From NCBI GenBank assembly GCA_030667765.1, contig DAOUVF010000001.1:1-35884 (forward strand): a stretch of DNA of 35,884 nt, in the 5' to 3' direction. Origin of the DNA: Bacteroides sp. (GTDB lineage: Bacteria; Bacteroidota; Bacteroidia; Bacteroidales; SM23-62). The position numbers and the translations under genes were made by a program. Numbering within the stretch: position 1 is the stretch's first letter; every line of letters starts with the position of its first letter. Below, piece after piece: positions 8,855 through 18,261 of the stretch. The notes beneath the pieces are model-generated. The model saw nothing but the letters and a program-made list of their open reading frames with translations. It was not told where the DNA came from and made no database searches.

Positions 8855-9379
8855 ATGAATAAGTATTTTTCCATATCAAAATTAGGTCTTTTTTTTGGAA
8901 TTCTGGCAACGGCCGTCAGTTTTACTGCCTGTGTCAAGGACAATAAGGATGTTGTTCCCTATGCACGCATAGACCTGATCCTTGATCTTTCAACCGATCT
9001 GTCCCATCTCGGTCCCCAGGAAACAGCCACCATTATTCCCAATGCGAGCGGGATTGGCGGGGTAATCCGTTTCAGCCATCCCAAGTACCCGGAGATACCT
9101 TTAGGTGCCGGCCAGATCCTCCAGGGAAACGGGGTAATTATTTACCGGAGTGATGTCTACGAATATGAGGTCTATGATATCACATGTACTTTCCAGGCAC
9201 AGACAGATTATTGCAGGCTGGATCGCAGTGAAGATTTTGAGGGACTTTATGTATGTCCCTGCTGTGACTCAAAATTCCTCGTCCAGAATGATGGTTTTGT
9301 CTTCGAGGGACCCGCAGCCATGCCCCTTAAAAGGTATCCTGCCTACATACAGAATAATGCCCTGATCGTTCGCAATTAA
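8855..9379 (+). CDS. Lipoprotein with a degenerate Rieske-like domain
   Basis: The start is reassigned to the ATG at 8855 ([26 protein letters not shown] lipobox). The C-terminal half reads like a Rieske fold (GVIIYR...[14 protein letters not shown]...[10 protein letters not shown]...[10 protein letters not shown]), but both ligand His residues are replaced. Confidence 0.6.
   Translation: MNKYFSISKLGLFFGILATAVSFTACVKDNKDVVPYARIDLILDLSTDLSHLGPQETATIIPNASGIGGVIRFSHPKYPEIPLGAGQILQGNGVIIYRSDVYEYEVYDITCTFQAQTDYCRLDRSEDFEGLYVCPCCDSKFLVQNDGFVFEGPAAMPLKRYPAYIQNNALIVRN
8877..8884 (-). promoter_or_regulatory. Candidate -7 box (TAATTTTG on minus strand) for the basic/acidic gene pair
   Basis: Plus-strand caaaatta is a perfect TAnnTTTG on the minus strand. 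It lies inside the first codons of the divergent lipoprotein gene. Confidence 0.3.
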
Positions 9380-10800
9380 TACCTGTAATGATCAGATTTA
9401 TACGGGCCCTTAACAGGCACCCCGATATATGCTGATTGCTCTTCTGTTAACAGGGTCAGTTTTACACTCAGCTGGGCCAGGTGGAGACGGGCTACTTCCT
9501 CATCCAGTTTTTTGGGCAAACGGTAAACCCCGATTTCATATTTATTCTGCCAGAGTTCGATCTGGGCAAGGGACTGGTTGGTAAATGAATTACTCATCAC
9601 AAAGGATGGATGGCCGGTTGCACAACCCAGATTCACCAGGCGGCCCTCAGCCAGCATGAAGATGGCATGACCATCGGGGAAGATATACTTATCCACCTGT
9701 GGTTTGATATTGATCTTCTGCATCCCCTCCAGGTCATTCATTTTTTCAACCTGGATCTCGTTATCAAAATGGCCGATATTGCAAACGATGGCCTGATCTT
9801 TCATCCTGGACATGTGTTCGGCTGTTAATACATCCTTGTTCCCTGTAGCGGTCACATAGATATTCCCTTCTGCAATCGCTTCCTCTATGGTAGTAACCTT
9901 AAATCCTTCCATAGCAGCCTGCAGGGCACATATCGGATCAATCTCGGTAACGAGTATCCGAGCCCCGTATGACCTCATTGAATGTGCACAACCTTTGCCC
10001 ACATCCCCGTAACCAAGCACCACTACCACTTTCCCGGCGATCATAACATCGGTGGCACGTTTGATCCCATCAGCAAGTGATTCACGACAGCCATAGAGGT
10101 TGTCAAATTTGGATTTGGTGACCGAATCATTCACATTGATGGCAGGGAACAATAACTCGCCTTTCTCGTGCATCTGGTATAAACGGTGAACCCCGGTGGT
10201 TGTTTCCTCTGAAACACCCTGGATCTCCTTCACAATCCTGTGCCACTTATCCGGATCCAGTACGAGTGTTTCCTTCAGTTTGTTCAGGATTACTTCCTCT
10301 TCCCGGTTGCCGGGTTGTTTATCGAGTAAAGTGGAATCTTTTTCGGCTTTATACCCCATGTGGACCATCAATGTGGCATCTCCACCATCATCAACGATCA
10401 GGTTTGGTCCCATTCCCCCGGGGAAAGTGAGTGCCTGTTCCGTACACCACCAGTATTCTTCCAGGGTCTCGCCTTTCCATGCAAATACAGGAATCCCGGC
10501 CGCAGCGATGGCAGCCGCAGCATGATCCTGGGTGGAGAAAATATTACAGCTGGCCCATCTGACATCTGCGCCTAGCTTGACAAGAGTCTCAATAAGGACG
10601 GCTGTTTGTACGGTCATATGAAGTGATCCCGTGATCCGGGCCCCCTTCAGTGGTTGCTCTGCGGTAAACTTGCTACGAATTGCCATCAATCCGGGCATCT
10701 CTTTCTCAGCAATCTCTATCTCTTTCCGGCCAAATTCAGCCAGGCTTATGTCCTGTACTTTATATGTACTTACCTCTACTCTATCTTCCATTGTTTTCAT
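9376..10800 (-). CDS. ahcY: Adenosylhomocysteinase
   Basis: [27 protein letters not shown], the NAD-binding [12 protein letters not shown], and the C-terminal ...KSDHYRY. I prefer the ATG at 10800 (or 10791) to the TTG at 10830, which lies inside a -7 box. Confidence 0.93.
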   Translation of the reverse strand: MKTMEDRVEVSTYKVQDISLAEFGRKEIEIAEKEMPGLMAIRSKFTAEQPLKGARITGSLHMTVQTAVLIETLVKLGADVRWASCNIFSTQDHAAAAIAAAGIPVFAWKGETLEEYWWCTEQALTFPGGMGPNLIVDDGGDATLMVHMGYKAEKDSTLLDKQPGNREEEVILNKLKETLVLDPDKWHRIVKEIQGVSEETTTGVHRLYQMHEKGELLFPAINVNDSVTKSKFDNLYGCRESLADGIKRATDVMIAGKVVVVLGYGDVGKGCAHSMRSYGARILVTEIDPICALQAAMEGFKVTTIEEAIAEGNIYVTATGNKDVLTAEHMSRMKDQAIVCNIGHFDNEIQVEKMNDLEGMQKINIKPQVDKYIFPDGHAIFMLAEGRLVNLGCATGHPSFVMSNSFTNQSLAQIELWQNKYEIGVYRLPKKLDEEVARLHLAQLSVKLTLLTEEQSAYIGVPVKGPYKSDHYRY

Positions 10801-10827
10801 TGCAATTATTTTTACTTTAAATCCCGA

Positions 10828-10835
10828 CAAAGTTA
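10828..10835 (-). promoter_or_regulatory. Candidate -7 box (TAACTTTG on minus strand) for ahcY
   Basis: Plus-strand caaagtta is a perfect TAnnTTTG on the minus strand, 28 nt upstream of the ATG at 10800. Confidence 0.35.
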
Positions 10836-10869
10836 CTCAAATCCGTGGATTAACTGGCCGGGACCTGCT

Positions 10870-11853
10870 TTATTCACCAAAGTCTGTGGCTGTTCCTTCA
10901 AAAATCCCGAGAGCCTTCTTACGGTCCTTCCCAAGCTGCAGTTTCAGGGCGTCAATACCCTGGAACTTCTGTTCATCCCTGATACGGGCTACATAGCTTA
11001 TCCGTATCCTTTCACTATATATATTCCTGTCAAAATCAAACAAATGCACCTCTATGGTTTTAAGTCCGGGATCATCATTAACCGTTGGCCTGCTTCCCAT
11101 ATTCATCATTCCCCTGTACCATGATCCTTTCAGTTCAGCTTTAACAGCATAAACGCCATCGGCTGGCATTAATTTATAATCCTCATCCATGGTGATATTG
11201 GCAGTAGGGAAACCTATGGATCTGCCAAGCCTGCTTCCCCCGACCACATTGCCTGAAAATCCATAGTCCCATCCCAGCATACTGTTTGCCCGCCGGATTT
11301 CGCCCCTCAGCAAAAAATCCCTGATCCCGGTTGAACTTATCCTACCGGATGCTGTCTGAAAGGCTTCCATTTGTTCAATTCCGAATGCATACTGCCCTGC
11401 ACAATCTTTCAAATTTTCAAAATCCCCCTCCCTGTCGCGCCCAAAGCGATGATTATAGCCAACAACGAGATGGGAGATCCTGTACTTTTCAACCAGTATT
11501 TCACGGATAAAATCACATGATGAAAGCCGGCTGAGTTCCGTGGTAAAAGGAATGATGATCAGGTGATCAAGTCCCGCCTGATCCAGCAGTTTCTTCTTCT
11601 CTTCCAGCGTATTCAGCAATTTAAAATGATTGCCTTCCTGGTTCAGTACCATCCGTGGATGTGGCCAGAGGGTAAGCACTACTGATTCTCCATCGAGTTG
11701 TGTGGCCCGCTCATTCAACTTTTCAAGAAAATAACGGTGTCCCAGGTGTACCCCGTCAAATATGCCAACGGTAAGTACAGGACGGGGGATTGCAATGGAT
11801 GATATATCGTTGTGGATCATCATGGCGCCTGAAAGATTTGCCAAAATAAGCAT
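10870..11853 (-). CDS. ribF: Bifunctional riboflavin kinase / FMN adenylyltransferase
   Basis: VLTVGIFDGVHLGHRYF (nucleotidyltransferase motif) plus a C-terminal riboflavin kinase domain (GFPTANI...GMMNMGSRPT...IEVHLFDF). The start is ambiguous among the ATGs at 11853, 11823 and 11820. Confidence 0.9.
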   Translation of the reverse strand: MLILANLSGAMMIHNDISSIAIPRPVLTVGIFDGVHLGHRYFLEKLNERATQLDGESVVLTLWPHPRMVLNQEGNHFKLLNTLEEKKKLLDQAGLDHLIIIPFTTELSRLSSCDFIREILVEKYRISHLVVGYNHRFGRDREGDFENLKDCAGQYAFGIEQMEAFQTASGRISSTGIRDFLLRGEIRRANSMLGWDYGFSGNVVGGSRLGRSIGFPTANITMDEDYKLMPADGVYAVKAELKGSWYRGMMNMGSRPTVNDDPGLKTIEVHLFDFDRNIYSERIRISYVARIRDEQKFQGIDALKLQLGKDRKKALGIFEGTATDFGE

Positions 11854-11877
11854 AAAATGGTGAACCCGGCAAGCAGC

Positions 11878-11909
11878 TTTGGTTTAATCAGGCAATTTGG
11901 TTAATTTTC
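11878..11909 (+). promoter_or_regulatory. Candidate promoter for glgB
   Basis: TTTG, a 20-nt spacer, then TAATTTTC (one mismatch). It lies 20 nt upstream of the ATG at 11929. Confidence 0.3.
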
Positions 11910-11928
11910 AAAGTCATTGACCCACATT

Positions 11929-13941
11929 ATGGAAACCCCTGATATTGTAAAAAATGATCCCTGGCTTAGTCCTTTTGAGGCAGTCATAAAAGACCGTATG
12001 AACCGTGCCAGGCAGAAGGAAGCTGAACTATTCCCGGACAGCCTTGCAGCTTTTGCTTCAGGACATTTATACTATGGCCTGCACCGTTTGGATAAGCAAT
12101 GGGTCTTCCGCGAATGGGCCCCCAATGCCACCAGGATATTTCTGGTCGGTGAGTTTACCGGCTGGGAAGAATCTCCGGAATGGGAATTGAAGTCCACCAC
12201 CAATGGAAACTGGGAACTAATGCTGCCCGCTGACAGCATTAAGCATGGTGATCTGTTCAGGCTGTCCATGCATTGGGCTGAGGGGCGGGGTGATCGTATA
12301 CCGGCATGGATAAACCGGGTCATACAGGACCCGGATACCTTGATCTTCAATGCCCAGGTCTGGCATCCGGATCAACAATATTCATTTAAAAACAAATGGA
12401 TGCCTGCCCGAAAATCCCCTCCACTGATCTATGAAGCACACCTGGGCATGTCATCGGAGGAAGAAAAGATCTCCTCCTACAGGGAATTCCGCGAAAATGT
12501 CCTGCCACGAATTGCAGCCGGCGGTTATAACATGATACAGCTAATGGCCATACAGGAACATCCTTATTATGGATCATTCGGCTACCATGTTTCCAGTTTT
12601 TTTGCTGCCTCTTCGCGCTTCGGCACCCCTGAAGAGTTGAAAGAACTGATTGATGAGGCCCATGGCATGGGTATCGCGATGATAATGGACCTGGTCCATT
12701 CCCATGCTGTTAAAAACGAGGTGGAAGGGCTTGGACGATTTGATGGCACACACTGGCAATATTTCCATGACGGTCCGAGAAGAGAACATATTGCGTGGGA
12801 CTCCCTCTGCTTCAATTATAGCAAAAACGAAGTGCTCCACTTCCTGCTATCCAACTGCCGGTACTGGCTTGAAGAATACCGTTTCGATGGTTTCCGTTTC
12901 GACGGGATCACAAGCATGCTTTATTATGATCATGGCCTGTCCAGGGATTTTATAAGTTACGAGATGTACTTTGACGGGCAGCAGGATGAGGATGCAATAA
13001 GCTACCTGATGCTGGCTAATAAACTGATAAAGGAAGTCCATGGAGACTCGGTCACGGTTGCAGAAGAGATGAGCGGAATGCCCGGACTGGGAGCCCCTCT
13101 GGAATCGGGTGGATTTGGTTTTGATTACAGGATGGCCATGGGGACACCTGACTACTGGATCAAGATCCTGAAAGAAAAATCCGACGAACAATGGAATGTC
13201 AGTGAAATCTATCGTGAACTCACCAGTAGACGGGACGATGAGCTTACCATCGGCTATGCGGAATCACATGATCAGGCGCTGGTGGGAGACAAAACGATCA
13301 TATTCAGGCTTTTGGATAAGGAAATGTATGACAGCATGAACCTCGGGAGCAATAACCTGGTCATTGAGCGGGGGATTGCCCTGCATAAGATGATCCGCCT
13401 GGTCACCTTTGCTACCTGTGGCGGAGGATACCTGAATTTCATGGGCAATGAATTCGGACATCCTGAATGGATCGATTTTCCGCGTGAAGGAAATAACTGG
13501 TCATATAAGTATGCAAGGCGGCAATGGTCGCTGGTCGATCATCCGGATCTCAGGTATAAGTTCTTAAGCAGGTTCGACCGGGATATGATCCACCTGTTCA
13601 GGGAGGAAAAGATCCTTACACATAAATGGCCTTATTTACTATTAGAGAACCCCGGCGACCAGATCCTTATATTTGGAAGGGGAGATCTTTTACTCGTATT
13701 AAATTTTAATCCTGTTAAATCATTCAGTGACTATGGATTCCCCGTTGATCCCGGTAAATTCCAGATCAGGCTCAATACCGACAGTGTGAATTATGGTGGC
13801 CAGGGACTGGTAGATGCTAATATGACTTATTACGCACATCCCGATCAACATACCTCCCCCAGGCACATGCTAAAACTGTATATTCCTGCACGTTCAGCCC
13901 TGGTATTAAAGAAACTACCCCATAAAAGGGTCCACCAGTAA
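11929..13941 (+). CDS. glgB: 1,4-alpha-glucan branching enzyme, eukaryote-like GH13_8 type
   Basis: GH13 regions are present: GIAMIMDLVHSH, GFRFDGITSM, TVAEEMSGMPG and YAESHDQALVGDKT, in the style of subfamily 8 (eukaryotic/Bacteroidota) branching enzymes. I prefer the ATG at 11929 over the TTG at 11917. Confidence 0.88.
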   Translation: METPDIVKNDPWLSPFEAVIKDRMNRARQKEAELFPDSLAAFASGHLYYGLHRLDKQWVFREWAPNATRIFLVGEFTGWEESPEWELKSTTNGNWELMLPADSIKHGDLFRLSMHWAEGRGDRIPAWINRVIQDPDTLIFNAQVWHPDQQYSFKNKWMPARKSPPLIYEAHLGMSSEEEKISSYREFRENVLPRIAAGGYNMIQLMAIQEHPYYGSFGYHVSSFFAASSRFGTPEELKELIDEAHGMGIAMIMDLVHSHAVKNEVEGLGRFDGTHWQYFHDGPRREHIAWDSLCFNYSKNEVLHFLLSNCRYWLEEYRFDGFRFDGITSMLYYDHGLSRDFISYEMYFDGQQDEDAISYLMLANKLIKEVHGDSVTVAEEMSGMPGLGAPLESGGFGFDYRMAMGTPDYWIKILKEKSDEQWNVSEIYRELTSRRDDELTIGYAESHDQALVGDKTIIFRLLDKEMYDSMNLGSNNLVIERGIALHKMIRLVTFATCGGGYLNFMGNEFGHPEWIDFPREGNNWSYKYARRQWSLVDHPDLRYKFLSRFDRDMIHLFREEKILTHKWPYLLLENPGDQILIFGRGDLLLVLNFNPVKSFSDYGFPVDPGKFQIRLNTDSVNYGGQGLVDANMTYYAHPDQHTSPRHMLKLYIPARSALVLKKLPHKRVHQ

Positions 13942-13963
13942 CGGCCCGGAACAATAAAGCCGG

Positions 13964-16900
13964 TCATGCCCATTTTACCAGTGCAAAATCCTGCCTGTGA
14001 GGCAGGTTTACATTCTTGGGAAATATCCTTATCCCGTAATTTAAAACACCTGACCGGGCCGGGCTAACTTCAATGCCGTAAAAGGCCTGCCCGTTTTCCT
14101 GTTTGACAAGGTCAAACTCCTTTGAATAAGTTATGGTCTCCAAATCCTCCCCATAACTAAAATCGGGTATTACGATCTCAACACCGATATCGGAAGGATG
14201 CAGTTCGTTTAGTTCGAGAACTACCTCAGCCCTGTAGGTGTCTCCAAGTGAGACAAGCTCGCGTGAAATGTCCGGATGCCTGAACCCGACTATATTGATA
14301 CCCTCCCAATGCCTTAAAACAAATCTTTTCCAGGAACTCAGGTCCCTTATCATGGCCAGGTCACCGGCCTTCATCTTTTCCGCCCGTTTGTAAAGTTTAT
14401 TATAAAACTTTTCTTCATAATCGATGAACATGCGGTTCATTGTAAAGTTTGGTGCTACCCGGGCAATGGAGTTTTTTATGTAAGAGATCCATTCAAGGGG
14501 AACATCATTGGTCCTCTGCCTGTAAAACATCTGCGTGATCTCATTTTCCAGTAATGAATAGATGGTTTCTGCATCCATTTCATCCTGGTAATGCTGGTTA
14601 TCATAGGTCCGCTGTTCAGGCAGGGCCCATCCTGCACCTTCCCTGTACCCCTCTGCCCACCAGCCATCCAATACGCTTAAATGTAGGCTTCCGTTCATGA
14701 TGGCTTTTTCCCCGCTGGTGCCTGATGCCTCAAGTGGCCTGGTGGGTGTATTAAGCCAAATATCTACTCCCTGCACAAGCTTTTGTGCCAGGCTGATATC
14801 ATAATTTTGGAGGAATAGTATCCTGCCTATGAATTCGGGCCGCTTTGATGTCTCAACGATAAATTTTATCAAATCCTGGCCGGCTTTGTCATTGGGATGT
14901 GCTTTTCCTGCAAAAATGATTTGTACCGGCCTTTCCGGATCATTTATAATCCTGGCCAGTCGCTCCGGGTCACGGAAGAGAAGATTGGCCCGCTTATAGG
15001 TGGCAAATCTCCTGGCAAAACCTATGGTGAGTACCTCACTGCTCAGGCGTTCCTCAACCTCCATGATGATCCTGGGATCTTCCAGTCTTTTGACAGCAGC
15101 CTTCTTAATCCTGGACTTGATATGCAGTATCATCTTATCACGCAGACTGTTGCGAAGATCCCATATTTCCTTGTCATCCACGTCGTAGATTTTTTGCCAC
15201 CGATTCAGATCAGATTGATTTTCCAGAAAATCATGTCCAAAATACTTCCTGTACAGATCTCTCCATTCCGGGGCAGTCCACGTAGGAAAATGGACACCGT
15301 TGGTGACATATCCTATATGCAGTTCATCCGGGTTATATCCTTTCCAGAGATCCCTGAACATATGCTGGGTCACTTTCCCGTGTAAACGGCTTACTCCATT
15401 GACTTCCTGGGATAGATTAATCGCCAGGTAACTCATGGAGAACTTTTCATGGTTATCTTCCGGATGCAAGCGTCCGAGCCCAATGAACTGCTCCCAGGAA
15501 ATGTTCAGCCGGTCAGGGTAATGGGACATATACATCCGTACCAGTCCTTCATCAAAACTATCATGTCCCGCCGGAACAGGTGTATGTGTGGTGTAGAGTG
15601 TAGTGGCCCTGACCAGTTCCAGTGCGTCAGGGTAAGAACGATTTTCCTCACTGATCAATGCACGAAGGCGTTCCAGCCCGATAAATGCGGCATGCCCTTC
15701 GTTGCAATGGTAAAGATCCGGTTCAATTCCCAGGGTCTGCAGCAGACGGATCCCGCCCACTCCCAGCAGCAATTCCTGCTTGAACCTGTTTTCAAGATCT
15801 CCTCCATAAAGATGGTGGGTTACACTCCTGTCCTGTTCAATATTCTCCTCAAAATCTGTATCCATCAGGTATAATTCAACCCGCCCCACATCTACCCGCC
15901 AGATCCTTGCTTTCATGGTCCGGCCAGGCATTTGTATACTGATGGTTTGCCAGTTGCCATGCTCATCCCTGACCTGCCGGGCAGGTATCCGGGAGAAATC
16001 CTGCGGTGTATTGGCTGAAATCTGTTCCCCGCTTGCGGAGACGATCTGGGTAAAATAACCATACCGGTATAACAGTCCCACGCCAACTAGATTCCGGTTA
16101 TAGTCACTCGCCTCTTTTAAATAATCACCTGCCAGTAGTCCGAGTCCCCCGGAATAAGTCTTCAGCGAATCATGGATGCCGTATTCCATGCTGAAATACG
16201 CAATGGCGGGTCCCACAGCCTCCTTTTTCAGCTCTACATATGCCTTGCATTTTTTATGGATCCTGTTCATTTCCCGGATAAATCCCTTATCCTCCTCAAG
16301 CTCCTTGAACCGGCTCAGGGGTAAACTCCTTGCTGCCAGGATGGGATTATGGTTTGATTCCTCCCAAAGATCCGGATCTATAGACTGGAAAAATGCTGTT
16401 GCTTCCTCGTCCCATGACCAGTACAGATTCATCGCTATATCTTCAAGGGGACTGAGTTTCTCGGGGATATTTTCCCGGACCTCAAACTTTTTCCAGTCAG
16501 GCTGTTCTGCCGTAATTTTCTCACTGATATATTCGGGCCTTTCCTTGTCAAAAAACAGGTTGGTGCGTCGCCTTGCCTTATCAAGCGCGATACCATAAGC
16601 CTGCCAGTAATACTCCACCAGGTTCTCCCAGAGGGCAATCCTGGATATTTCCCACGCCTCTTTCCTGGCATTTTCATAAGCTGCCTTTCCGAGTCCTGCG
16701 GTGGAAATAATGGCTTTTGCTATCCCATCAACAGTTTCCGAGTAATTATCATCATCCCTTTCGACAACGGCTATCCCGTGCTTTACTTCCCCGTATTCCT
16801 CCTTCACCCACAAGCCAAACCCGGCCAGGGTAGTAGTTACGCTGGGTATGCTAAAAGCCAGACTCTCCAGAGGGGTATACCCCCAGGGTTCATAATAGGA

Positions 16901-18205
16901 AGCAAATACCGTCAGGTCAAATCCGATCAGCAAATCATAGTACGGAAGGTTGAATATCCCGTCATTTCCATGCAAATAAGAAGGTACAAACACAATTTTG
17001 ACCCTGTTGCCATCCTTATTTGCCAGATTATTTTCCCTGATCTTGCCCAGGATGGGATCATATTCCGGATCGTGAAGATGATGCGTCAGGCAGCAGATCT
17101 CCTGGGGATCCAGTGGTTTCTTTTCTTTCATTGCATCCACCAGCTCTTTTCGGGGACCATAATGATGGGCCGGGATCAAAACGAAAACAACAATATCCCG
17201 GTTTACCTTATCGGAATGATTTACTTTGGAAAGTGCATCTATGAATACATCCAATCCCTTGTTCCGGAATTCATACCTGCCACTGGTGGCGATCAAAAGT
17301 GCATCCTCCCCGAGGGATTGATGGCTTACAAGTCCGGCTACCTCCATCAGCAAATCCCTGGCCTTCCCTCTTTTCTTTTTAAACTCAGCTTCTTCGGGAA
17401 CGAATGAATCCTCAAATCCATTCGGTGTGACAACACTTACTTCTTTCTTCAGGAACTGGGTACACTCCCTCGATGTTAACTTGCTAACGGTGGTAAATGC
17501 ATCTGCCTTTGCTGCAGCGAGTTTCTCGAGAGATTGCTTTGACACAACATTGAAATCATTGGATTTATCATCCCCGTCATACTCTTCGAGTCTTCCATAG
17601 AGAGGGAGCTGGTTCCCGGCAATGGATCTCCCGATGACTGTGGCATGTGTAGTAAAAGTAGTAGCAATCTGGGGACGTAGTTCATTCAGGTAGAGTACAC
17701 CCGCCCCGGTCATCCATTCATGGAACTGGGCAACCACTCGCGTCCGGGTATTGAGATAGAACCCGGTATAGCTTTCAATGACCTTGCCGGCCGCATATCC
17801 AAAAAGACATGGTTCTATGTAATCCCACTGGCCCGATATCGAATCCAGCTGAAAGCTCTCCCAGAGTTTACTGAAAATCTCATCCTTCATTCCCATGAAA
17901 GTGGTAAAATCAAGGATGATGGCGATGGGCCTGCCGGCGATTTTCCACCTGCCAACCTTGATCCTCAGACCCTCCCCCAGGGCATGCTGTTTCCATGCAT
18001 GGAAGAGCATTTTATCCTCCTCAAATTCAGGATTTTCTCCTGAATCCCGCCATACATCCGGACCGATCAGGATATGTCTGTTCTGTAGTTCAGCCTGCAG
18101 TGATTTTGCCTTGGTTGATATTACTGTATGTATGCCCCCTACTTTATTACAAACCTCCCAGCTTACCTCAAACAGATAGTCCGGAGTCAGATATTTCTTT
18201 GCCAT
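13964..18205 (-). CDS. Fusion protein: N-terminal GT3 (eukaryote-type) glycogen synthase plus C-terminal GT35 alpha-glucan phosphorylase (DUF3417-type)
   Basis: Uninterrupted 1413-aa ORF. The N-terminal roughly 560 aa carry FEVSWEVCNKVGGIHTVISTKA and SYYEPWGYTPLESLAFSIPSVTT, which are near-identical in style to yeast/animal glycogen synthase motifs. From about aa 575, IAMNLYWSWDEEATAFFQSIDPDLWEESNHNPI is the DUF3417 N-terminus of bacterial GlgP-like enzymes. PLEASGTSGEKAIMNGSLHLSVLDGWW is the PLP-lysine region. Confidence 0.85.
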   Translation of the reverse strand: MAKKYLTPDYLFEVSWEVCNKVGGIHTVISTKAKSLQAELQNRHILIGPDVWRDSGENPEFEEDKMLFHAWKQHALGEGLRIKVGRWKIAGRPIAIILDFTTFMGMKDEIFSKLWESFQLDSISGQWDYIEPCLFGYAAGKVIESYTGFYLNTRTRVVAQFHEWMTGAGVLYLNELRPQIATTFTTHATVIGRSIAGNQLPLYGRLEEYDGDDKSNDFNVVSKQSLEKLAAAKADAFTTVSKLTSRECTQFLKKEVSVVTPNGFEDSFVPEEAEFKKKRGKARDLLMEVAGLVSHQSLGEDALLIATSGRYEFRNKGLDVFIDALSKVNHSDKVNRDIVVFVLIPAHHYGPRKELVDAMKEKKPLDPQEICCLTHHLHDPEYDPILGKIRENNLANKDGNRVKIVFVPSYLHGNDGIFNLPYYDLLIGFDLTVFASYYEPWGYTPLESLAFSIPSVTTTLAGFGLWVKEEYGEVKHGIAVVERDDDNYSETVDGIAKAIISTAGLGKAAYENARKEAWEISRIALWENLVEYYWQAYGIALDKARRRTNLFFDKERPEYISEKITAEQPDWKKFEVRENIPEKLSPLEDIAMNLYWSWDEEATAFFQSIDPDLWEESNHNPILAARSLPLSRFKELEEDKGFIREMNRIHKKCKAYVELKKEAVGPAIAYFSMEYGIHDSLKTYSGGLGLLAGDYLKEASDYNRNLVGVGLLYRYGYFTQIVSASGEQISANTPQDFSRIPARQVRDEHGNWQTISIQMPGRTMKARIWRVDVGRVELYLMDTDFEENIEQDRSVTHHLYGGDLENRFKQELLLGVGGIRLLQTLGIEPDLYHCNEGHAAFIGLERLRALISEENRSYPDALELVRATTLYTTHTPVPAGHDSFDEGLVRMYMSHYPDRLNISWEQFIGLGRLHPEDNHEKFSMSYLAINLSQEVNGVSRLHGKVTQHMFRDLWKGYNPDELHIGYVTNGVHFPTWTAPEWRDLYRKYFGHDFLENQSDLNRWQKIYDVDDKEIWDLRNSLRDKMILHIKSRIKKAAVKRLEDPRIIMEVEERLSSEVLTIGFARRFATYKRANLLFRDPERLARIINDPERPVQIIFAGKAHPNDKAGQDLIKFIVETSKRPEFIGRILFLQNYDISLAQKLVQGVDIWLNTPTRPLEASGTSGEKAIMNGSLHLSVLDGWWAEGYREGAGWALPEQRTYDNQHYQDEMDAETIYSLLENEITQMFYRQRTNDVPLEWISYIKNSIARVAPNFTMNRMFIDYEEKFYNKLYKRAEKMKAGDLAMIRDLSSWKRFVLRHWEGINIVGFRHPDISRELVSLGDTYRAEVVLELNELHPSDIGVEIVIPDFSYGEDLETITYSKEFDLVKQENGQAFYGIEVSPARSGVLNYGIRIFPKNVNLPHRQDFALVKWA

Positions 18206-18261
18206 ATTATTTCAAATGATAGATTAAATGATGAGAATTTTATCAGGATCCTGATTGATTG

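Noticed and set aside
10801-10869. Possible SAH riboswitch or leader upstream of ahcY
   Set aside because: Only about 30-70 nt separate ahcY from the ribF stop, which is too short for the known SAH riboswitch classes. I see no conserved pseudoknot-like pairing.
14897-17407. Long antisense ORFs inside the synthase-phosphorylase gene (162 aa at 14897-15385, 141 aa at 15449-15874, 140 aa at 16176-16598, 209 aa at 16778-17407). Similar ones lie elsewhere (20113-20595, 28380-28934, 31576-32073).
   Set aside because: None has a recognisable motif. All are embedded antisense in genes with strong family signatures. ORFs of such length are expected opposite long genes with this codon bias.
18242-18255. 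14-bp palindrome atcaggatcctgat between GH57 and the fusion gene, considered as a terminator or operator
   Set aside because: It is too short, has no U-tract after it on the minus transcript, and contains a common GGATCC core. At most it is an intra-operon stem-loop, and I cannot support a function.
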